In this document: piece after piece, positions 57,978 to 64,000 of the stretch
How the letters are laid out: each line of letters starts with the position of its first letter
Position numbering within the stretch: the first letter of the stretch is position 1
Assembly: GCA_937914865.1 (NCBI GenBank)
Contig: CALDMD010000103.1
Coordinates: 6,856-70,855, forward strand
Reading direction: 5' to 3'
From: an uncultured Prevotella sp.
Lineage (GTDB): Bacteria; Bacteroidota; Bacteroidia; Bacteroidales; Bacteroidaceae
DNA length: 64,000 nucleotides
Program-made: the position numbers and the translations under genes
The notes under the pieces: model-generated
What the model saw: only the letters and a program-made list of their open reading frames with translations
The model's database searches: none
Told to the model about the DNA's origin: nothing

Positions 57978-59462
57978 ATGACAAAGAGTTTAAACATATC
58001 TTTAGTGGCTCTCGCCCTTGCTGCTTTTGCAGCTGTGGGCGTCAGTGCGAGCCGCACTTCGGCAAGCGCCTCACTTTTTGCCGCTGACACTACAGCATCG
58101 AAGAATGGGGCTGTAACCTTGCCTGATACCTCGGAGAGCCGCCCCGTCGTGACCGACCAGCCCGTACCTGAGCATAGCATTGTCGACGAGGTGATGTGGG
58201 TTGTCGGCGACGAGCCAATCCTGAAGTCTGACGTGGAGATGATGAAGCTCCAGGGTGAGATGGAAGGCGTGACGTGGCATGGCGATCCCGACTGTGCCAT
58301 CCCGGAGCAGATTGCAGTGCAGAAACTGTTCCTCCACCAGGCGGAGATCGACTCCATCAAGGTCACTGAGTCGGAGATTGCGCAGAACATTGACATGCAG
58401 ATCAACCGCTGGATACAGCAGGCAGGCTCGCGTGAGAAACTGGAGGAGTACAAGAAGATGACCGTGTCGCAGATGCGACAGCAGCTGCATGATGACTTCC
58501 GCAACAACCAGCTCATTCAGCAGATGCGCGAGAAGCTTGTCAGCGACATATCGGTGACGCCGTCTGACGTGCGCAACTATTTCCGTGGCTTGCCGGAGGA
58601 CAGCGTGCCGTTCGTGCCTACAGAGGTGGAGGTGGAGATTATCACCAAGCAACCGAAAATCTCGCAAGACGAGATCAACCGCGTGAAGAACGACCTGCGC
58701 GACTACACCGACCGCATCAACAAGGGTGAGGCTTCGTTTGCCACGCTTGCACGCCTCTATTCTGACGACCCGGGCTCTTCGCGCCAGGGTGGCGAGATGG
58801 ATTATGTGGGCCGCGGAATGCTCGACCCTGCCTTTGCGGCTGTGGCGTTCAACCTCACCGACCCGAAGAAGATTTCGAAGATTGTGGAGTCGGAGTACGG
58901 CTTCCACATCATACAGCTCATTGATAAGCGCGGCGACAAGATAAAGGTGCGCCACATCTTGCGTGTGCCTAAAGTGTCGCAGGAGGCCACCGACTCCATG
59001 CGTGTACGCCTCGACTCCGTGGCTGTTGACATTCGTGACGGAAAGTTCTCCTTTGAGGAGGCTGCGACGGTGATGTCTGACGATAAGGACACGCGCAACA
59101 ATCACGGCTTGATGTCATATAACGGTGATGACGGCCGCACTTCGAAGTTCCAGATGAAGGATCTGCCGACGGAGGTGGCTCGTAAGGTGGAGACTATGGA
59201 GGTCGGCAACGTGTCCGATGCTTTCCAGATGGTCAACGAAAAGGGTAAGCAGGTTGTGGCAATCGTGAAACTGAAGAGCCGCACTCCTGCCCATCGCGCC
59301 ACCATAACCGAGGACTATCAGGTGATGAAGAATGTCGTGCTGCAAAAGATGCGTGCCGACTTCTTGCATCAATGGGTTGTCAACAAGATTAAAACCACCT
59401 ACGTGCGAATGGCTGACAGATGTAAGTCGTGCAAGTTCGAGTACGAGGGATGGATTAAATAG
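57978..59462 (+). CDS. surA: SurA-like peptidyl-prolyl isomerase
   Basis: 494 aa with a signal peptide. SurA-N-like chaperone region plus parvulin core GGEMDYVGRGMLDPAF..EYGFHIIQL. Confidence 0.75.
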   Translation: MTKSLNISLVALALAAFAAVGVSASRTSASASLFAADTTASKNGAVTLPDTSESRPVVTDQPVPEHSIVDEVMWVVGDEPILKSDVEMMKLQGEMEGVTWHGDPDCAIPEQIAVQKLFLHQAEIDSIKVTESEIAQNIDMQINRWIQQAGSREKLEEYKKMTVSQMRQQLHDDFRNNQLIQQMREKLVSDISVTPSDVRNYFRGLPEDSVPFVPTEVEVEIITKQPKISQDEINRVKNDLRDYTDRINKGEASFATLARLYSDDPGSSRQGGEMDYVGRGMLDPAFAAVAFNLTDPKKISKIVESEYGFHIIQLIDKRGDKIKVRHILRVPKVSQEATDSMRVRLDSVAVDIRDGKFSFEEAATVMSDDKDTRNNHGLMSYNGDDGRTSKFQMKDLPTEVARKVETMEVGNVSDAFQMVNEKGKQVVAIVKLKSRTPAHRATITEDYQVMKNVVLQKMRADFLHQWVVNKIKTTYVRMADRCKSCKFEYEGWIK

Positions 59463-59588
59463 AATTAGGAGTTAGGAATTAGGAGTTAGGAGTTAGGAAT
59501 TAGGAATTAGGAATTAGGAGTTAGGAGTTAGGAGTTAGGAATTAGGAGTTAGGAATTAGGAGTTAGGAGTTAGGAATTAGGAGTTAGG
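59463..59588. repeat. 18 x 7-bp microsatellite (A[A/G]TTAGG)
   Basis: Begins 1 nt after the surA-like stop. 18 uninterrupted heptads, with A or G at position 2 in an irregular order. Confidence 0.95.
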
Positions 59589-59733
59589 ATTTCTTCAATC
59601 TCGAATTTCTCGTTCTGAATCTTTCAATCCAAAGTTTCTTGTTCTGATTTCTTCAATCCAGAATTTCTCATTCAGATTTCTTTAATCTTGAGTTTCTTGT
59701 TCTGATTCCTTTAATTCTGAGTTTCTCATTCTG
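59589..59733. repeat. 5 x 28-30-bp degenerate tandem repeat (atttcttcaatc.gaatttctc.ttctg)
   Basis: Units start at 59589, 59619, 59647, 59676 and 59705. The array abuts the heptad run and ends 30 nt before the OstA-like ATG. Confidence 0.85.
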
Positions 59734-59763
59734 AGTTTTTTAATTAGGAATTTTGAGTTTTGA

Positions 59764-61416
59764 ATGGAAAAGAAAAATTCCCCGATTACATATAGATGGC
59801 ATAGAACGGCTTTGCTTGCCGTTCTATGCTTTTTTGGCTTTTGCCTAATGTGGGCAATGGCTGCGCCAAAGTCAAAGAAGCGCAAGAAGACCGACGAGCG
59901 TGTTTATCTCGTTCACGCCGACGAACTACGTTATGATATTTACAGTGCCGTGCCTGACGCGCAGATTCTCAAAGGCAAGGTTCACTTCACGCACGCCGGT
60001 GCGCAGCTGTGGTGTGACAGCGCCTACTTCTATCAGGAGGCCAACTCTGTTGAGGCTTTCGGTCACGTGCACTTCAAACAGGGCGACACGCTCTCGCTCA
60101 CGTGTGAGTATGCCGACTACATCGGTGCCGACCAGATGATGCACGCGCGCCGCGACGTGGTGCTCAAGCATCGCACGCAGACTCTCTACACCGACTCGCT
60201 CGACTACGACCGCCTCTACGACAATGCCTACTTCTTTGAGGGCGGCAAGTTGGTGGACGGCAAGGATCGCCTCGTCAGCGACTGGGGCGAGTACAACACT
60301 GCCACGCGTAAGGCGGCGTTCTTCTACGGAGTGAAGATGCACAGTGCCGACAACATTATCAACACCGATTCGCTCTACTACGACACGCGCACACGCATCG
60401 CCCACGTTACCGGACCTTCCACTATCCATACGAAAGGCACCGTCATCCACACCACTGATGCCTACACCAACAGCCGCACCAACCGCTCGCAGCTCTTCGG
60501 ACGCTCTACGGTGGTTGACGGCGAGAAGACCATCACTGGCGACTCGCTCTATCATGACAGCTCCAACGGCAACAACGAGGGCTTCGGCAATGTTGTCTTT
60601 GTCGACAAGAAGAACAAGAACGAACTGCGCTGCGGACGACTGTTCTACAACGACACTGTCGGCTACGGCTATGCCACGAAGCGCGCCCTCATGCTCGACT
60701 ATTCGCAGAAGGACACGCTCTACATGCACGCCGACTCCATGAAGCTCTACACGTTCAACATAAAAACCGACTCCGTCTACCGTAAGGTACATGCCTTCCG
60801 CCATGTGCGTGCTTTCCGCAACGACGTGCAGGCAGTGTGCGACTCGCTGGTGTTCAACTCCGCCGACTCGTGCATGACGATGTATCGCGACCCTATCGCA
60901 TGGAATCTCGGGCGCCAGCTTCTCGGTGAGGAGATACGTGTCTACATGAACGATTCAACGGTGCGCAAGGCGGAAATCATCGGTCAGGCTCTCTCCGTGG
61001 AGAAGGTGGACGAGCAAAACCATTTCAATCAGGTTTCGTCGAAGCGCATGGATGCTTATTTCATCGATGGCGCAGTGAGGCGTGCCGATGCCACGGGCAA
61101 TGTGAAGTCGGTCTACTACAATGCCGACTCGCGCGACTCTACTCTCACCGAACTCAACTATCTTGAGACCGACACGCTCCGCATGTATGTCTCGGCAGAG
61201 CGTAAGCTGCAGAAGATGTGGGCATCGAAGTCGATAGGCACGATGTACCCCATCACGCAGATACCGCCCGAGAGGTATAAGCTGCCGGAGTTCGCGTGGT
61301 TCGACTATATTCGTCCGCTCGACAAGAACGACGTCTTCAACTGGCGCGGCAAGGCGGCAGGCACCGAACTGCGTGAGCAGCGTCGGCGCGAGGCTCCGCT
61401 GCAGACGCTGGAGTAG
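59764..61416 (+). CDS. OstA-like (LptA/LptD N-terminal-type) repeat protein
   Basis: 550 aa. N-terminal TM/signal segment. Repeated beta-jellyroll-like segments (VHFTHAGAQLWCDSAYFY.., VVLKHRTQTLYTDSLDYD..) typical of Bacteroidota OstA-like proteins. Confidence 0.7.
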   Translation: MEKKNSPITYRWHRTALLAVLCFFGFCLMWAMAAPKSKKRKKTDERVYLVHADELRYDIYSAVPDAQILKGKVHFTHAGAQLWCDSAYFYQEANSVEAFGHVHFKQGDTLSLTCEYADYIGADQMMHARRDVVLKHRTQTLYTDSLDYDRLYDNAYFFEGGKLVDGKDRLVSDWGEYNTATRKAAFFYGVKMHSADNIINTDSLYYDTRTRIAHVTGPSTIHTKGTVIHTTDAYTNSRTNRSQLFGRSTVVDGEKTITGDSLYHDSSNGNNEGFGNVVFVDKKNKNELRCGRLFYNDTVGYGYATKRALMLDYSQKDTLYMHADSMKLYTFNIKTDSVYRKVHAFRHVRAFRNDVQAVCDSLVFNSADSCMTMYRDPIAWNLGRQLLGEEIRVYMNDSTVRKAEIIGQALSVEKVDEQNHFNQVSSKRMDAYFIDGAVRRADATGNVKSVYYNADSRDSTLTELNYLETDTLRMYVSAERKLQKMWASKSIGTMYPITQIPPERYKLPEFAWFDYIRPLDKNDVFNWRGKAAGTELREQRRREAPLQTLE

Positions 61417-61441
61417 GGCGTTGAAATAATCTTAAATCACT

Positions 61442-61690
61442 ATGTATTTCGGCAATCGCCGCCCACGCGGCTTTCATCATACGTTTCGTTTTTCCGACGA
61501 GCGTCGCGACATTCTCGACGGCTTGCGTCGTGGCGTGTCGCCCGAGCAGTTGGCGGAGCAGTCGTTGGCTGATGCTTCTTCCAATGCAGGTGGGCGTCGC
61601 CGCAGTACGTCGCAGCCGCTCTTCAGATGGCTCCTTGCGGCAGCACTTGTGCTGCTGCTTGCCCTTCTCGTCGTGCTTTATTCCGTTTAA
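61442..61690 (+). CDS. small basic protein with a C-terminal transmembrane anchor (hypothetical)
   Basis: 82-aa ORF between the OstA-like gene and mutL. Arg-rich N-terminal region, then LLAAALVLLLALLVVLYSV. There is no family evidence. Confidence 0.35.
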   Translation: MYFGNRRPRGFHHTFRFSDERRDILDGLRRGVSPEQLAEQSLADASSNAGGRRRSTSQPLFRWLLAAALVLLLALLVVLYSV

Positions 61691-61723
61691 CATTGTATGT
61701 ATATATAAAAGGTATATATAGAC

Positions 61724-63700
61724 ATGAATGATATTATCCAACTTCTTCCCGACTCCGTTGCCAACCAGATAGCCGCCGGTGAGGTCATACAGCGTCCGGC
61801 GAGTGTCATCAAGGAGCTTGTTGAAAACTCCATCGACGCCGGGGCGACGGTGGTCAACGTGGTGTGTGTCGATTCGGGGCGCACGTCCATACAGGTCATC
61901 GACAACGGCAAGGGCATGTCGGAGACCGACGCCCGCCTGTCGTTTGAGCGTCATGCCACGTCGAAGATACGCCAGGCTGGCGATCTCTTCAATCTCCACA
62001 CCATGGGATTTCGCGGTGAGGCTCTCGCCTCCATAGCGGCAGTGGCGCAGGTGGAGTTGCGCACGCGCCGTCCCGACGACGACATTGGCACGTCCCTGAC
62101 GATAGCCGGCTCGCGCTTCGTCAGTCAGGAACCCGTGTCATGTCCTGTCGGCAGCAACTTCACGGTGAGCAATCTCTTCTACAACGTACCCGTGCGCCGC
62201 AAGTTTCTGAAGTCGAACACTACGGAGCTCAACAACATCGTGACCGCCTTCGAGCGCATCGCCCTTGTCTATCCCGAAATCTCATTCACGCTCTACAACA
62301 ACCAGAACGAGCTCTACAATCTCAAGGCGGGCGGTATGCGCCAGCGCATTGTCGACGTCTTCGGCAAGAAAATCAATCCGCAGCTCCTGCCCGTCGACGT
62401 CGACACCACTATGTGCCACATCAGCGGTTTCGTCGGCAAGCCAGAATCGGCGCGCAAGAAAGGGGCAAGGCAGTTCTTCTTCGTCAACGGGCGCTACATG
62501 AAGCACCTTTATTTCAACAAGGCCGTGATGACGGCGTACGAGCGTCTTGTGCCGGAAGGCGAGCAGGTGCCTTATTTTCTCTATTTCACCGTGGAGCCGC
62601 AGAACATCGACGTCAACATCCATCCGACGAAGACCGAGATAAAGTTTGAGAACGAGCAGACGATATGGCAGATTCTTGCTGCCGCCGTCAAGGATGCCGT
62701 CGGGATGTTCAATTCCGTCACGGCGATAGAGTTCGACACTGAGGGGCAGCCCGACATTCCATCCTTGTCTCCCGACGGGCCTTCCGAAGCACACGCCCCG
62801 AAGGTGCAGTACAATCCCGCCTACAATCCGTTCCATGAGCCACAGGCCCGCACGTCGTCTTCCGCCAACGAGTGGGAGAGTCTCTTTGCCGCCAATACCG
62901 GCGCTGCAAGACAGCCACGCCAGGCGACGCTCTTCGACGGCAGCGGCGAAGGGCAGGTGCTCCGTTCTCGCCGCTTTGCCGAGATGGCAGGCGACGACTC
63001 CGCTCCGTTTTCCTCCGCCGGGATGGATGCAGGCGGAGCGAAAGAAGGCTTTGACAATCCGTCGGATGAGATTGCTGTGTCATCGCTCTCGTCCGACATG
63101 GTGAGCGCGGCAGCGTCGGAAAGTCCGATAGAGGAGAAGTCGCCCGTACATTATCAATACAAGGGGCGCTACATCATGACCGCCGTGAAGTCCGGACTGA
63201 TGCTTGTCGATCAGCATCGCGCACATATCCGCATCCTCTATGAGGGCTACATCCGCCAGATGAGCCAGCACAAGCCATGCTCGCAGAAGCTACTGTTCCC
63301 GGAAAAGGTGGCGTTCAACCCTGCCGACAAGATAGTGGCTGAGGCAGTGATGCCGGAGATGCATGACTTGGGCTTCAGCCTTACGGCAAGCGGCGACGGC
63401 TATGACATCATTGCCGTGCCAGCCGGACTTGACGGTCTCGACTACGTGTCGCTTGTGCAGGATCTCGTGGCGTCGGCTCGCGACAAGTCGACGTCGGCAA
63501 TCGACGACATCAACCACTCCATAGCTTTGCAACTTGCGCGCAGTGCAGCCGTCACCTACGGGCAGGTGCTTTCCAACGACGAGATGGAGAACATCGTCAA
63601 CGACCTCTTCGCCTGTGCCAACTTCAATTACACGCCCGACGGCAAGAAGATACTCACCATCCTGCAGCAGTCGGAGATGGAGCGTCTGTTCGGTGTGTGA
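61724..63700 (+). CDS. mutL: DNA mismatch repair protein MutL
   Basis: 658 aa. GHKL ATPase N-terminus (IAAGEVIQRPASVIKELVENSIDAGA, DNGKGM, GFRGEAL). Disordered linker. C-terminal dimerisation domain. Confidence 0.95.
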   Translation: MNDIIQLLPDSVANQIAAGEVIQRPASVIKELVENSIDAGATVVNVVCVDSGRTSIQVIDNGKGMSETDARLSFERHATSKIRQAGDLFNLHTMGFRGEALASIAAVAQVELRTRRPDDDIGTSLTIAGSRFVSQEPVSCPVGSNFTVSNLFYNVPVRRKFLKSNTTELNNIVTAFERIALVYPEISFTLYNNQNELYNLKAGGMRQRIVDVFGKKINPQLLPVDVDTTMCHISGFVGKPESARKKGARQFFFVNGRYMKHLYFNKAVMTAYERLVPEGEQVPYFLYFTVEPQNIDVNIHPTKTEIKFENEQTIWQILAAAVKDAVGMFNSVTAIEFDTEGQPDIPSLSPDGPSEAHAPKVQYNPAYNPFHEPQARTSSSANEWESLFAANTGAARQPRQATLFDGSGEGQVLRSRRFAEMAGDDSAPFSSAGMDAGGAKEGFDNPSDEIAVSSLSSDMVSAAASESPIEEKSPVHYQYKGRYIMTAVKSGLMLVDQHRAHIRILYEGYIRQMSQHKPCSQKLLFPEKVAFNPADKIVAEAVMPEMHDLGFSLTASGDGYDIIAVPAGLDGLDYVSLVQDLVASARDKSTSAIDDINHSIALQLARSAAVTYGQVLSNDEMENIVNDLFACANFNYTPDGKKILTILQQSEMERLFGV

Positions 63701-63778
63701 GAAGGCGCAAACGGGTGAAAATAAGACCATTTAGTTAAGATTTTTTTTAAAAAAGTGTGCTTATTTAGTTTTTATTAT

Positions 63779-63786
63779 TAACTTTG
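63779..63786 (+). promoter_or_regulatory. -7 box (TAACTTTG)
   Basis: TAACTTTGCG lies about 10 nt upstream of a 39-codon small ORF and about 140 nt upstream of the last gene. Confidence 0.4.
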
Positions 63787-63923
63787 CGCTGAATTATGGG
63801 GGCGTATGCTTTCACTTGTCAACATTGTTGGGAGTGGCACATCGATGAGCCTTCACAAGGCGAGGAGCAAACGACTCTTCGCACGGGAAAAAGAAAAAAT
63901 TGATTGTTAAATAAAAAAGGTTA

Positions 63924-64000
63924 TGAAAAAGTTATTAATTGCATTGGCAATGTGTGGCTTGTCTATGGGCGCAATGGCTCAGGAGACAACTGATCCTGTA
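63924..64000 (+). CDS. 5' end of a secreted or outer-membrane protein (partial, runs off the window)
   Basis: MKKLLIALAMCGLSMGAMAQETTDPV is a classical signal peptide. The rest lies outside the window. Confidence 0.6.

Noticed and set aside
59463-59588. TTAGG-containing heptads as telomere-like sequence or eukaryotic contamination.
   Set aside because: The tract is internal. It is flanked on both sides by typical Bacteroidales genes in conserved order (guaB-ppiase-surA-ostA-mutL). The unit is a 7-mer with an A/G polymorphism, not a TTAGG pentamer array.
59682-59885. 67-aa minus-strand ORF spanning the repeat region and the OstA-like start.
   Set aside because: It is generated by the 29-bp tandem repeats and overlaps the 5' end of a well-supported plus-strand gene.
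61337-61999. 220-aa minus-strand ORF overlapping the small 82-aa ORF and the mutL 5' end.
   Set aside because: It lies opposite the highly conserved MutL ATPase N-terminus, is Arg/Ala-rich and has no motifs. It is an antisense artefact.

Overview
64-kb chromosomal segment from a Bacteroidota genome, Bacteroidales and Prevotella-like. Evidence for this placement: a SusC/SusD pair, a hybrid two-component regulator, many T9SS C-terminal sorting domains, and TAnnTTTG-type promoter boxes. Left half (about 1-32.7 kb): the end of an arabinose-catabolic operon on the minus strand (araD, galM, GH97), then an HTCS regulator divergent from a large polysaccharide utilisation locus. That locus holds susC/susD, a tandem GH43, GH127, a heparinase II/III-like protein, GH43, a DUF2264-like protein, GH105 and a DUF4861-like protein. 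It runs without a strand change into a cytoplasmic unsaturated-uronate pathway (kdgK, eda, an orphan GatC-type EIIC permease, kduI, kduD) and one more GH43. Right half: housekeeping genes (lptB, yfcE-like, tig, clpP, clpX, recQ, guaB, two parvulin PPIases, OstA-like, mutL) interrupted by two accessory patches. Patch (i), 34.4-37.8 kb, is AT-richer and holds two tandem T9SS-tailed Ig-repeat surface proteins. Their 3' 572 bp are identical except for one base, while their 5' halves are divergent. Each gene is preceded by a decayed S8-peptidase relic. Patch (ii), 44.5-54.7 kb, is an island of four large T9SS cargo genes, including a YD-repeat protein and an Omp28-like CxxC protein coupled to an S8 peptidase. 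Intergenic DNA is unusually rich in structured or repetitive elements. These include a 5x47-bp REP-like array with solo and inverted copies, an 18x7-bp microsatellite followed by 5x29-bp repeats directly before an OstA-like gene, and a 2x52-bp repeat built from the same heptads. There is also a 424-bp imperfect palindrome, a 73-nt perfect palindrome, a 4x22-bp phased array, and a promoter-to-terminator unit of about 380 nt that is almost C-free and has no ORF (candidate sRNA). No rRNA, tRNA, CRISPR, transposase or integrase was recognised. All family assignments come from reading the translated sequence and from memory, not from searches.
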